Source: a candidate division Zixibacteria bacterium SM1_73
Lineage (GTDB): Bacteria; Zixibacteria; MSB-5A5; SM1-73
Length of the DNA: 59,298 nt
Assembly (NCBI GenBank): GCA_001304225.1
Contig: LJVD01000001.1
Location: 1-59,298, forward strand
Direction: 5' to 3'
A program made the position numbers and the translations under genes. Below the pieces are notes generated by a model. It did not search any database. It worked only from the letters and a program-made list of their open reading frames with translations, and had not been told where the DNA came from. The stretch's first letter is position 1; the number at the start of each line of letters is the position of its first letter. Shown here piece by piece: positions 43,881 through 53,851 of this stretch.

Positions 43881-45647
43881 ATGAAAGCTGAGAAACCGGC
43901 TGCTTGGAAAAGAACGATATACTGCGGGGAGCTCAGCTTGGCCCATGTGGGTCAAGGAGTCATCCTTAAAGGCTGGGTTCACAGGCAAAGAGACTTGGGA
44001 AACTTAGTCTTCATCGACCTCAGGGACAGAGAGGGCCTGGTCCAGGTAGTGGTGCCCTCAGACAAGGAGGAGCTTCTCGACAGGGCCAAAAAAATCAGGA
44101 TGGAAGACGTCCTTACCGTCAAGGGCATTGTCAAAGAGCGGGATCCCAGATCGAGGAATCCGGATATGCCTACGGGTGAAGTTGAGGTTGTTGTCGAGGA
44201 CCTTCAAGTCTTGAGCACGGCCAAGGTTCCTCCGTTCGTCATCGCCGATCCTCCAAAAGCATCAGAGGAACTGCGTTTCAAGTACAGATATTTGGATATG
44301 AGACGTCCCTCCCTGCAGCGGAATATCAGACTCCGACACCGAGCGGCCCTCCGGGTTCGCAACTACATGAGCGAAAACGGCTTCCTGGAGATCGAGACCC
44401 CTTTCCTCACCAAATCCACGCCTGAAGGGGCGCGGGATTACCTCGTCCCCAGCCGGATTTACAGGGGGCGGTTCTACGCTCTTCCTCAGTCTCCGCAGAT
44501 TTTTAAGCAGATTTTGATGATTTCCGGGTTTGACCGTTATTTTCAGATCGTCCGCTGTTTCCGCGACGAGGACTTGAGGGCGGACCGCCAGCCGGAGTTT
44601 ACCCAGATCGACATCGAGATGAGTTTTGCCGGGGAGGAGGATGTCTTCGATGTTAACGAAGGATTGATGGCCGCTGTTTTTGAGATTATCGGGGTCAAGG
44701 TGGAGCGGCCTTTCCCACGCCTGACCTACCAGGAGAGTATGGATAAATACGGCACAGACAAGCCCGATCTGCGCTTCGGGATGGAAATCCAGGATTTGAC
44801 AGAGATCGGAGCGGGACTTGATTCTGAGCTTGTCCGGAAGGCTCTTTCCGCTGGGGGCGTCCTCAAGGGGTTAGTACTGGAGGGGGGCGGAGAATATTCT
44901 CGTAGTCAACTGGATAATTTTAATAAAAAAGCCCAGGAACTCGGGGGCAGAGGGATAATCTGGATTAAGAAACTCGAGGGGTTTAAGTCCTCCTTGAAGA
45001 TCGAGGAAAGGGATCTCGGCAAAATCTGGATAAAACTCCAGGCCAAGGATGATGATTTGACCTTATTGGTCGCCGATGAATCGGAAACAGCAGTAAAAGT
45101 TTTAGGAGAGCTGAGAAAGGATTTCTACCTGAAGCAGGGAGAAAATGAGAACCTCTACAAATTTGCCTGGGTGACGGATTTTCCCCTTCTAGAGTGGAGC
45201 AAAGAAGAAGGACGCCTGGTCTCAATGCATCACCCCTTTACTTCTCCCCAACCGGAAGACCTCGATTTATTGGAGAAGGAGCCCCAAAAAGTCAGAGCCA
45301 GGGCCTATGACTTGGTGCTTAATGGAGTTGAGATCGGCGGCGGTTCTATCCGGATCCACGACTTGGATATCCAGAAGAGAGTGTTCAAAATCCTCGGTCT
45401 GTCTGAGGAAGAGGTTAAGGCGAAATTTGGATTTTTTTTGGAAGCCCTTGAGTACGGTGTGCCTCCTCACGGGGGGATTGCCCTGGGATTTGACCGGATC
45501 GTCATGATCTTGGCCGGCGAGGAATCCATCCGGGAGGTCATTCCCTTCCCCAAAACGACGAGCGCCCTCTGTCTTCTTACTGGCTCACCGGCAGCAGTTG
45601 ACGATAAGCAGCTCGGCGAACTCGGGTTGAAGAAGACAAAAGGATGA
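43881..45647 (+). CDS. aspS: Aspartate--tRNA ligase
   Basis: GWVHRQRDLGNLVFIDLRDREG...FYALPQSPQ.FKQ...RCFRDEDLRADRQPEFTQID...GGGSIRIH...PPHGGIALGFDR. Confidence 0.95.
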   Translation: MKAEKPAAWKRTIYCGELSLAHVGQGVILKGWVHRQRDLGNLVFIDLRDREGLVQVVVPSDKEELLDRAKKIRMEDVLTVKGIVKERDPRSRNPDMPTGEVEVVVEDLQVLSTAKVPPFVIADPPKASEELRFKYRYLDMRRPSLQRNIRLRHRAALRVRNYMSENGFLEIETPFLTKSTPEGARDYLVPSRIYRGRFYALPQSPQIFKQILMISGFDRYFQIVRCFRDEDLRADRQPEFTQIDIEMSFAGEEDVFDVNEGLMAAVFEIIGVKVERPFPRLTYQESMDKYGTDKPDLRFGMEIQDLTEIGAGLDSELVRKALSAGGVLKGLVLEGGGEYSRSQLDNFNKKAQELGGRGIIWIKKLEGFKSSLKIEERDLGKIWIKLQAKDDDLTLLVADESETAVKVLGELRKDFYLKQGENENLYKFAWVTDFPLLEWSKEEGRLVSMHHPFTSPQPEDLDLLEKEPQKVRARAYDLVLNGVEIGGGSIRIHDLDIQKRVFKILGLSEEEVKAKFGFFLEALEYGVPPHGGIALGFDRIVMILAGEESIREVIPFPKTTSALCLLTGSPAAVDDKQLGELGLKKTKG

Positions 45648-45808
45648 TAGTTAACCAATCCTTTGTAGATTTTAAATCAAGTTAGCAGTAAAATATTTCT
45701 TGTAAAAGGGAGGATTGGCAGAGGCCGGAGGAAGAAGAGTTGCTCTTGTCTTCGTCGAGGGGGATGAGACAACCTAAATATAAACAGTTTACGAAAGGAG
45801 GGACATGA

Positions 45809-47314
45809 ATGAAGAGAAAGACAGGAATTTGCCAAAAGCTTGTTCTTTTCCTCACCGTCAGCTTGATTCTCGCCTCTTCCTTATTCGCTCAGACTTTTGA
45901 GGCTATCAAGAACCAAGTCAAAGTCCAGACCCTGAAGAACGGGATGAAATTCATCGTGCTCGAGCGCCACGAAGCACCGGTTGTCTCTTTTCACGTTTAT
46001 GCCGATGTTGGAAGCGCCAACGAGACTTACGGGATAACAGGGATCTCTCATCTTCTGGAACATATGGCTTTCAAGGGCACCAAAGTTATGGGGACAATAG
46101 ACTATGAGGCAGAAATAAGAATTCTTGAAGAGCTGGATGCCCTTTATGACCAGATCAAGAGGGAAGAGGCCCAGGTCAAGCCTGATACTCTGAAGATCGA
46201 GGAAATGAAAAAGAATTTTGAGACCTTACGCCTAAAGGCTAAGGAGTATGTTGTAAACAATGAACTCATCGATATGATGAGAAGACAAGGGGATCAAGGA
46301 ATCAATGCCTACACCAGTAATGACGCCACCCAGTACATAGACAGCCTTCCATCGAACAAAGTGGAATACTGGATGGCCGTGACTTCTGATCGCTTTCTCA
46401 ATCCAGTCTTCCGGGAATTCTACAAGGAGAGGGATGTTGTCATGGAGGAGAGGAGACTCGGCTTAGAGACGAGGCCCATGGGAAGACTCATAGAAGATTT
46501 TTTCGCCACAGCTTTCAAGGCCCATCCTTATCACCATTCGGTTGTTGGGCACATGTCAGACTTGAAGAATATCGCCCGCCAGGATGTCAAGGACTATTTC
46601 AGTAAATACTATGGACCAAGCAATTTGACCGTGGGGATAGTCGGTGATATGACAGCCGAGGAGGCCTTTAAACTGGCTGAAACCTATTTTGAAAGGATTC
46701 CCAGCGGCCCTAAGCCAGAACCTGTCCGGACAGAAGAACCGGAGCAATGGGGAGAAAGGCATGTTACCGTTACAGCAAAATCTCAGCCCATACTCGTTGT
46801 CGGGTATCACCGCCCGAACGCTCGCCACCAAGACAGTGCTGCCCTGGAGGCCTTAGCTAATATCATAGGCCAGGGGCGTTCCTCCAGGCTTTATCAGGTC
46901 ATGGTCAAGGAGAAAAAAGTCGCCATTCAAACAGGAAGTTTCAACGGGTTTCCTGGGGAAAAGTTTCCCAACCTGATTGCTTTTTATGCGGTCTCTTCCT
47001 GGGGTCATAAATCGGATGAATGCCTGGAGGTTATTGACACGGAGATTGAAAAAATAAAGACAGAATCTGTTACAGCTGAGGAACTCACAAAGTTCAAGAG
47101 GAACGCGATCAAGAACCTTTTGGACCGGATGAAATCCAATTCCCGCATGGCTGCACTGCTCACCTATGCCGAGGTCGTTCTTGGAGGCTGGGATGCAGCG
47201 TTTGATCAGATCCAGGAGATCGAAGCCCTCACAGCTGAAGATGTCAAAAGAGTGGCTAATACCTATCTGGTTAAGCAGAAGAGAACGGTCGGTGAGATTA
47301 TCCCTGGGAAGTGA
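45809..47314 (+). CDS. M16-family zinc peptidase (catalytic-type subunit)
   Basis: Signal peptide, then the inverted zincin motif GISHLLEHMAFKG (HxxEH). 501 aa. Confidence 0.85.
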   Translation: MKRKTGICQKLVLFLTVSLILASSLFAQTFEAIKNQVKVQTLKNGMKFIVLERHEAPVVSFHVYADVGSANETYGITGISHLLEHMAFKGTKVMGTIDYEAEIRILEELDALYDQIKREEAQVKPDTLKIEEMKKNFETLRLKAKEYVVNNELIDMMRRQGDQGINAYTSNDATQYIDSLPSNKVEYWMAVTSDRFLNPVFREFYKERDVVMEERRLGLETRPMGRLIEDFFATAFKAHPYHHSVVGHMSDLKNIARQDVKDYFSKYYGPSNLTVGIVGDMTAEEAFKLAETYFERIPSGPKPEPVRTEEPEQWGERHVTVTAKSQPILVVGYHRPNARHQDSAALEALANIIGQGRSSRLYQVMVKEKKVAIQTGSFNGFPGEKFPNLIAFYAVSSWGHKSDECLEVIDTEIEKIKTESVTAEELTKFKRNAIKNLLDRMKSNSRMAALLTYAEVVLGGWDAAFDQIQEIEALTAEDVKRVANTYLVKQKRTVGEIIPGK

Positions 47315-47335
47315 TCTGAAAGGAAGGAAGAAACA

Positions 47336-48781
47336 ATGAAAGCACGAAATGAAATATTTAAGATTGGCTTAGTTCTTTTTCTTTTTGTTTTTTGCGGGAG
47401 TGCTGTTTTTGCCCAGAAGAGCCCCAAGGATAAATTTGTCTTCGGCCCATTGAATCCGATCAAGATGCCCAAGGTGGAGAAGTTCGAATTAGCCAATGGC
47501 CTTAAAATCTTTCTAGTCGAGGATCATGAATATCCCACCATTGACCTTCGGGCTATGGTCCGCGTTGGCTCTGTCTTTGAACCTGTCTCGAAGATTGGGC
47601 TGGCCTCCGTGTGTGGGCAGGTGATCCGGACGGGGGGGACGACATCCGTGTCGGGAGATGAAATCGACAAAGAACTTGAGACTATGGCCGCCACGATTTC
47701 GACGGGCATAGGCCGGATGTCAGGGTATATTAATGTGTCTGTTCTCAAGGAAGATATCGATAGAACGCTAGAAATCCTGACAGACATCCTGATCAATCCC
47801 GCCTTTGCAGAGGACAAGATCAACCTGGCCAAGATCCAGGAGAAAACGATGATCTCTCGGCGTAACGATGATATCGGGCAGATTACGGACAGGGAATTTC
47901 GAAAGCTTATCTATGGTCAGGATAGTCCCTATGCTCATCATCCTGAGTACGCCACGATTGATGCTGTAACCAGACAAGACACAGTCGATTTTTATCATGA
48001 ATTTTTCCATCCGAACAACACGATCATGGCTGCCTGGGGGGATTTTGAGACCAAAGAAATGTTGGATAAGCTCAAAAGGAATCTGGAGCCATGGAAATCG
48101 GCTGAAGTGAAAATGTCCTCTCCGCCCAAAGTTGATTATGATTACAAGTCTACGATCAACTATATCCACAAACCGGATGTCAACCAGTCGAACATCATGA
48201 TCGGCCATATCGGAGGAATGATGAACAACCCTGACTACCCAGCTCTGAGTGTCATGAACAGCATCCTTTCCTTTGATCGAATGTTCAAGAAGATCAGGAC
48301 AGATGAGGGCTTGGCCTACAGTGTCTGGGGATATTATGGGGCCTACTTCACCTATCCTGGCGTTTTCTCGTGTGGTGCGCAGACTAAGTCAGAATCGACT
48401 GTGTATGCTATAGACTTGATGCTTAAAGAGATGAAGTGGATGACAGAAGAAGAAGTGAGTGATGAGGAGCTGGCCAAGGCAAAAGACCAGTACTTGAATT
48501 CTTATGTCTTTAATTTTGACAGCAGGGCTAAAATTGTCAACCGGTTGATGACCTATGTCTTGTTTGATTATCCTCTTGATTTTATGGATCAAGTGAAGAA
48601 AGGAGTCGAAAAAGTCACCAAGAAGGATGTCCTCAGGGTGGCAAGGGAATATCTCCGGCCTGATAAAGTTCAGATTCTGGTCGTCGGAAAACAGGAAGAT
48701 TTTGATAAGCCTCTGTCGACCCTGGGTGAAGTTAGCGATATTGATATAAAAATTCCGCCTGCAAAGCCGAAGAATAAATAA
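47336..48781 (+). CDS. M16-family peptidase (non-catalytic-type partner)
   Basis: Signal peptide and M16 fold-like layout, but no HxxEH motif seen. Adjacent to the catalytic-type paralogue. Confidence 0.75.
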   Translation: MKARNEIFKIGLVLFLFVFCGSAVFAQKSPKDKFVFGPLNPIKMPKVEKFELANGLKIFLVEDHEYPTIDLRAMVRVGSVFEPVSKIGLASVCGQVIRTGGTTSVSGDEIDKELETMAATISTGIGRMSGYINVSVLKEDIDRTLEILTDILINPAFAEDKINLAKIQEKTMISRRNDDIGQITDREFRKLIYGQDSPYAHHPEYATIDAVTRQDTVDFYHEFFHPNNTIMAAWGDFETKEMLDKLKRNLEPWKSAEVKMSSPPKVDYDYKSTINYIHKPDVNQSNIMIGHIGGMMNNPDYPALSVMNSILSFDRMFKKIRTDEGLAYSVWGYYGAYFTYPGVFSCGAQTKSESTVYAIDLMLKEMKWMTEEEVSDEELAKAKDQYLNSYVFNFDSRAKIVNRLMTYVLFDYPLDFMDQVKKGVEKVTKKDVLRVAREYLRPDKVQILVVGKQEDFDKPLSTLGEVSDIDIKIPPAKPKNK

Positions 48782-48791
48782 TTGTCAGCAA

Positions 48792-48822
48792 GGGCCCGAG
48801 AGTTCCTGTGATTTTCGGGCCC
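48792..48822. terminator. Hairpin between convergent genes (candidate bidirectional terminator)
   Basis: GGGCCCGA (48792-48799), 15-nt loop, TCGGGCCC (48815-48822). Lies between the M16 stop (48781) and the denV-like stop (48824). Confidence 0.45.
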
Positions 48823-48823
48823 A

Positions 48824-49156
48824 TCAAACCTGACATCCACACTTTTTTTTGCGCAGAATTTCCTCCTGTTCTTCTGGTGTGTCGACAAATTCGTTCTGCC
48901 TTTGTTCTCCTCGGGCCCGAAGAGGATCAAGGGGGGTTTTATGCTTGTAGCCCCTGGTTTTCATCTCCAGAACCAGGGCCTCATGCCTGAGGAAAAGGGC
49001 CTTTAATTTGCCCTTCCATCTGAGAGTTTCCGGGTGCTTGGAGAAGCCATTTTTGTCTTGAGTGAGGATGTTCCACAGGGCGTGGAGTTCGCTGTGTTCC
49101 CCGAGCAAATGCTGCCGGCAGAGCTTATCAGGAGGAATGTCCCAAATTCTCATCAC
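48824..49156 (-). CDS. Pyrimidine-dimer DNA glycosylase / endonuclease V (DenV-like) family protein
   Basis: MRIWDIPPDKLCRQHLLGEHSELHALWNIL...HPETLRWKGKLKAL..RHEALVLEMKTRGYKH matches the Pyr_excise family. Confidence 0.8.
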   Translation of the reverse strand: MMRIWDIPPDKLCRQHLLGEHSELHALWNILTQDKNGFSKHPETLRWKGKLKALFLRHEALVLEMKTRGYKHKTPLDPLRARGEQRQNEFVDTPEEQEEILRKKKCGCQV

Positions 49157-49162
49157 GAGCCT

Positions 49163-49888
49163 CTAATTTTCTTCCAATTTGATCTCAAGATCAGGATTAT
49201 ACAGATAGATGCCGGAATCCCTGGGGCCGTAGTAGAGGCCGATGGCTTTGACCTGGACTCCCACCCTAGCCGCCTCAGCCAAGAGATCGCTGAGAAGAGG
49301 ATCGGCTTCCCTGTTGGGTTTAAAAGCCTTCACTTGGGGCAGGGCAGCCATGAACAGGATGAACGCTTTTCCACCTTTGCGGACATAAGCAGAGATTTCT
49401 TTGATGTGTTTTTGGCCTCTTTCAGAGGGGCAGTCAGGGTACAGGGCCTGCTGATTTTCTCTCAGGACGGCGCTCTTGACTTCGAGAAATACCTTTTGAT
49501 TCCCGCATTCCAGGAGATAATCTATCAGGGAAGTCCCCAGCTTAGCGTTTCTCTTGATCAGCCGGCATTCCTTGAGCCAAGGGATGAGACGAGCGCTCAA
49601 GGCGTTTTCGAAGGCCTTCATCTGAAGCTGAGTGTCGATCAAGGCCCCCAGGCCCCTCTCCCCCACCGCGAACAGCTTGACGTCTGTTTTGATCAGATTT
49701 TTACTCGGATAGCAAAAGGCCTTTCTTCCTCTGATTATGAATTCGGATGGTCGTCCCGTGTTGTTGATGTGGGCCCTGAAGGTTTGGCCTTTGATCTCGA
49801 TCTTGACCACAAACCTGTTGAGCCGCTCGACGATGCGGCATTCGTGAGGATTTTGGATCCTTAAGACTCTTACGCCGGGCTTTTTCAA
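49163..49888 (-). CDS. sfsA: SfsA-family nuclease/DNA-binding protein
   Basis: RIVERLNRFVVKIEI.G....AHINNTGR (N-terminal OB domain) and ...FLEVKSAVL...ALYPDCPSERGQKHIKE...AFILFM (PD-(D/E)xK-like core). Confidence 0.85.
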   Translation of the reverse strand: MKKPGVRVLRIQNPHECRIVERLNRFVVKIEIKGQTFRAHINNTGRPSEFIIRGRKAFCYPSKNLIKTDVKLFAVGERGLGALIDTQLQMKAFENALSARLIPWLKECRLIKRNAKLGTSLIDYLLECGNQKVFLEVKSAVLRENQQALYPDCPSERGQKHIKEISAYVRKGGKAFILFMAALPQVKAFKPNREADPLLSDLLAEAARVGVQVKAIGLYYGPRDSGIYLYNPDLEIKLEEN

Positions 49889-49900
49889 TTTCCAGAATAT

Positions 49901-51778
49901 TTATTGCTTTTTTATGGACTTTAATAATTCTTTGACTTCTTTTTCCTCTTGTCCTCCTAAATACAGATATTTTTCATAATAAGAAATGGCTTCCCTGATA
50001 TATTTTTCTTCAAGCTGGGATTTAGCCAGGTAGATTTTTCCCAGTTCGTAATAGGGTTCTGGGTCACCGGGTTCTAACTCTATTGCGTTTTTAAATTCTT
50101 GCAGTGCCAAATCAGGTGAGCCTTTCTCAATGTACAACTTTCCCAAGAATTTGTGGGCTCGAAAGGAGACGGGTTTACTTCGAACAACCAGAGATATAGA
50201 AAGCTGATTATCGGAAATATTCGTCTTTTCTTCCCTATCCTTTGCTTTTTTTTCAGATTGAATCGCTCTTTTCCATGCTTCTTCAGCATTTTCTAAATCA
50301 TTTATTTCTTGGTAGGCACATCCTAAATTAAAGTGGCCCATGGCATCTTCTGGGTGGATTTCAATGACTTTTTTAAAAGCTAAGATTGATTTTTGAAATT
50401 CTCTTCTCTTGAAGCATATCGTTCCCAAAGAATTATAGGCATCTAAAAAATAATTTCCTTCTTCAAGGGCTGCTTCAAATGTCCACTGAGAAAGAGGAAT
50501 CTCAGTAGGTTTTTGTATTCTCTGCTCTTCTTCCCTCAATATTTCTTGCTGTCTGTAAGCAGGCAGACTCCCGAAATAGCCTTTTCTCCTGAGGGCGATC
50601 AAGGCATGCCTTTCCGCCGATTTTAAAAAATCAAGCCATGAATAGACCATGGCCGCATTGAAGTTTATTATCGGCGACTCAGGATCAATTTTTAATCCAT
50701 GACGGAATCTACTTAAAGCCTGTTGAAATCTTCCCCTTCCTACGAATTCGAGACCAAGGTTATTGATATGATCCAGGACTGAAGACTTACTATTCTTGAG
50801 TTGATATTGATATTCCAGACCAGGATTATCTAAAAACTCTCTGGATAGTCTTATATTTTTGGGGCAGTGCTCAGGTGTTGATACTTTATCAGCGGATGGG
50901 TCGAGTTTTTTGAGACAACAACCTGAATAGAGCTTCACTTCATCATTTTCGGGATCCATTTCTAGGATTCGTTTGAAGTATTCTGAAGCCTTTTCAAAAT
51001 TATTATAATTATAATTTATGCTTCCCAAGTTAAAAAGAGCGTCTCTAAAGTCGGGATTGACTCTTAAAGCAGCCTCAAAAGATTCAACAGATCTACGTAA
51101 AAAGAAAAAGTCCGATAGTGATTTTTCGTGATACCTTAATCCATTTAGGACAAGGAATTCAGGTTGAGAGCCATATTCTCTAACGGCTTCCAATAAAGTT
51201 GTTTCATAAGATGATCTTAATTCAATTTCTGCTGCTGACTTTTTCTGGGTAAAATCAATATCTATCAACTGAGCATAACATTTAACCGGGTCATATCTCC
51301 TCTCCAGAGATTTCATGAAATAGAATTTTGCCTTATCGTGCATCTCGATGTTTTTAAAATACATGCCTTGAATAAAACAGGCCAAACCGCCGAGATGAGG
51401 ATTGTCGGCTGTCAGTCTTACAGGAAAATCTAGCCTTTCTGGAAATTCGTTGGCTTCTTTTAGCCTATTCGACTTGGAGAGAATATAGACTAAAATATCA
51501 TAAGCATCCTCATTATCTGGAAATAAGGCCAATTCTTCGCCAAGAAACCTCAGGGCATCATCAGCCTTGCCCAGCTGGAAATATGAGTATCCGATATTTT
51601 TCCGGATATCTCTTCGGTCAGGATTTTCTGTAAGGGCCTTTAAGTAATTCTCGATCGCCTGCCGATATTCCATCATGTCTAACAGGAGATCTGCTTCCCT
51701 GGTAACTTCGTTTTGCCCTGGAAGGGAAAATGAATAGAGTAAAAAGATGGCTAGCATTAGGGAAATTGGTTTTTTCAT
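49901..51778 (-). CDS. Tetratricopeptide-repeat protein with signal peptide (625 aa)
   Basis: Signal peptide ISLMLAIFLLYSFSLPG. Repeated TPR-like A/Y/F-spaced helices run throughout (e.g. AIENYLKAL, AEEAWKRAIQ, ALQEFKNAIELEP). Confidence 0.8.
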   Translation of the reverse strand: MKKPISLMLAIFLLYSFSLPGQNEVTREADLLLDMMEYRQAIENYLKALTENPDRRDIRKNIGYSYFQLGKADDALRFLGEELALFPDNEDAYDILVYILSKSNRLKEANEFPERLDFPVRLTADNPHLGGLACFIQGMYFKNIEMHDKAKFYFMKSLERRYDPVKCYAQLIDIDFTQKKSAAEIELRSSYETTLLEAVREYGSQPEFLVLNGLRYHEKSLSDFFFLRRSVESFEAALRVNPDFRDALFNLGSINYNYNNFEKASEYFKRILEMDPENDEVKLYSGCCLKKLDPSADKVSTPEHCPKNIRLSREFLDNPGLEYQYQLKNSKSSVLDHINNLGLEFVGRGRFQQALSRFRHGLKIDPESPIINFNAAMVYSWLDFLKSAERHALIALRRKGYFGSLPAYRQQEILREEEQRIQKPTEIPLSQWTFEAALEEGNYFLDAYNSLGTICFKRREFQKSILAFKKVIEIHPEDAMGHFNLGCAYQEINDLENAEEAWKRAIQSEKKAKDREEKTNISDNQLSISLVVRSKPVSFRAHKFLGKLYIEKGSPDLALQEFKNAIELEPGDPEPYYELGKIYLAKSQLEEKYIREAISYYEKYLYLGGQEEKEVKELLKSIKKQ

Positions 51779-51834
51779 TACTACCCTTTCCGCTTAAAAT
51801 TATATCACGAATTCTGGCCGTTTGTTTTTTCTAG

Positions 51835-51887
51835 TGTAAACGCAGTAAATAAGGTTACAATCTCTGTGCGGCCTGAAGCCGCCCAGG
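51835..51887 (-). repeat. MITE-like repeat, copy C (truncated: one arm plus the first bases of the core)
   Basis: GTGTAAACGCAGTAAATAAGGTTACAATCTCTGTGCGGCCTGAAGCCGCCC compared with the reverse complement of copy A's right arm (AATGTAAACGCAGTAAATAAGGCTACAAACTCTGTGCGGCCTGGAGCCGCCC). It ends 15 nt before the ATG at 51903. Confidence 0.7.
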
Positions 51888-51902
51888 AGAGGTGATGTCG
51901 CC

Positions 51903-53582
51903 ATGAATAAATATTTGAGATGCAAGACAACATTCATCTTTTTCTTTATTTTCATTGCCTTTTCAGCGGTTTTGGCCGATGACCGCACAGATAAAGTCGA
52001 CAAGCTCTTTGCCAGTTGGAATAAGCTAGACTCGCCCGGATGTGCTCTAGCCATCATCCAGGATGGACGTATCATCCATAAAAAGGGCTACGGCCTGGCT
52101 AACCTGGAGAACGGTATCCCGATCACTCCCAAGAGTGTCTTCTACATCGGCTCTGTCTCTAAGCAGTTTGTGTCCTTCTGCATTGCTCTCTTAGCCCAGG
52201 AGGGGAAGCTCTCGTTGGATGATGACATCCGTAAGTATGTCCCTGAAATACCTGACTACGGGACTCCCATCACCATCCGCCATCTCATCCATCACACCAG
52301 CGGCCTTCGTGATTACCTCGAACTGGAGGGAATCGCAGGTATTCCTATGGGCAGTTATCATGAACAGGACGTTTTAGAGCTTCTTTCCCGCCAGAAGGAG
52401 TTGAATTTTATGCCTGGAGAACAGTACCTATACAGTAATTCGGGGTATTTCCTCCTGGGTGTGATCGTTCGAAAAGCCAGCGGAAAACCTCTCCGCCAGT
52501 TCGCCGAGGAAAACATCTTCGACCCCTTGGGAATGGAGAATTCTTATTTTCACGATGATTACCGAAGGCTCATCAAGAACAGAGCCTCGGGTTATTTCCC
52601 GGCAGGGAAAGAGAAGTTCAGGAATTTTATCACCACCTTTGATTGCGTCGGTTCCGGTGGCTTGTTCACCTCGGTGGAAGATCTTTATCTCTGGGACCAA
52701 AACTTTTACAGTCGTAAAGTCGGGGGCAAGGAAGTGTTCGAACTGATGCATACTCAGGGGACACTCAACAACGGCAAAAAGCTCGATTATGCCTTTGCGG
52801 TCGTGATCGGAGAATACAAGGGTTTAAAAACGGTGGGGCATGGAGGCGCTTTGGGAGGCTACAGATCGGCGTTTCTCCGCTTCTCTGAGCAGAAATTTTC
52901 CGTGATCTGTCTGTCCAACCTCAGCAGCCTTGACCCGATGGGGCTGGCGCGGAAAGTCGCGGATATTTATCTGGCAGATCAGTTTAGGGATAAACCGGAA
53001 CCCGAAGCCAAACCCAGCAGTAAGCCTCGATTTATTAAACTCTCGGAAAAACAACTCAAAGATAAGGTCGGCGCTTATATCAACCACAATACATTCACTT
53101 TAAGAAATATTCTTTTCGGAGATGGGCGTTTATTAATCGAAGCTTCTGGCCAGAAATTTCCTCTGGAACCGGTGAGCGAGACAGAATTCGTCATGCTGGA
53201 AGCTCCTGTCCAAGCCACCGTTAAGTTTGAAATAAGGGGTAAAGATAGGCCGATACTCCTTCACGTCTATCAAGAAGGAGAAATTCCAGCGACTTATGAA
53301 GCTTTCGAAAGGATCAAACCCTCCTCCGAGCAGCTTACAGAATACGAAGGAGATTACACCAGCGAGGAGCTTTTGGTGACCTTGCGGATTGCTCTAGAGA
53401 AAGGAAGACTCCGGTTTGTCCACAGGGACGCTCCTGCCCTGCCCCTTCTCCCCATGCTTCAAGATAAGTTCACCTGCGGCAGCTTTAAAATCCACTTTCT
53501 CCGTGACGAGGAAAAGAGGATCATGGGCTTCACCCTAGATTCCGGACGGGTCAAAAACCTTCGCTTTGCGAAGAAAGCCTAA
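51903..53582 (+). CDS. Serine hydrolase, beta-lactamase/transpeptidase-like (class C family) with C-terminal extension
   Basis: Signal peptide. S-x-x-K motif IGSVSKQF, Y-x-N motif YSNSGY, and the GHGG box. 559 aa. Confidence 0.85.
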   Translation: MNKYLRCKTTFIFFFIFIAFSAVLADDRTDKVDKLFASWNKLDSPGCALAIIQDGRIIHKKGYGLANLENGIPITPKSVFYIGSVSKQFVSFCIALLAQEGKLSLDDDIRKYVPEIPDYGTPITIRHLIHHTSGLRDYLELEGIAGIPMGSYHEQDVLELLSRQKELNFMPGEQYLYSNSGYFLLGVIVRKASGKPLRQFAEENIFDPLGMENSYFHDDYRRLIKNRASGYFPAGKEKFRNFITTFDCVGSGGLFTSVEDLYLWDQNFYSRKVGGKEVFELMHTQGTLNNGKKLDYAFAVVIGEYKGLKTVGHGGALGGYRSAFLRFSEQKFSVICLSNLSSLDPMGLARKVADIYLADQFRDKPEPEAKPSSKPRFIKLSEKQLKDKVGAYINHNTFTLRNILFGDGRLLIEASGQKFPLEPVSETEFVMLEAPVQATVKFEIRGKDRPILLHVYQEGEIPATYEAFERIKPSSEQLTEYEGDYTSEELLVTLRIALEKGRLRFVHRDAPALPLLPMLQDKFTCGSFKIHFLRDEEKRIMGFTLDSGRVKNLRFAKKA

Positions 53583-53851
53583 AAACTACTTTTTTCCGTG
53601 GATGTGATCCTGAGATGTACAGATAAGGGAAGGGCTTAAATTGTCCTTATTCCTTTTTATTGTTATATTTATCATCGTTTTTGGCAATAGGATTTCGTGA
53701 TAAAAGCCGCAGTCGTTGACTTCAAAATAGCCCTTTGTTATAAATGGGATTCCTCACCGATAAGAAGGATGCAGAGGACGGACTCAGGATTTTCTGGGAT
53801 TCAGAAATCTCTTCACAGTGATAATAAAGTTAATTATTTTTGGAGGCAAAA

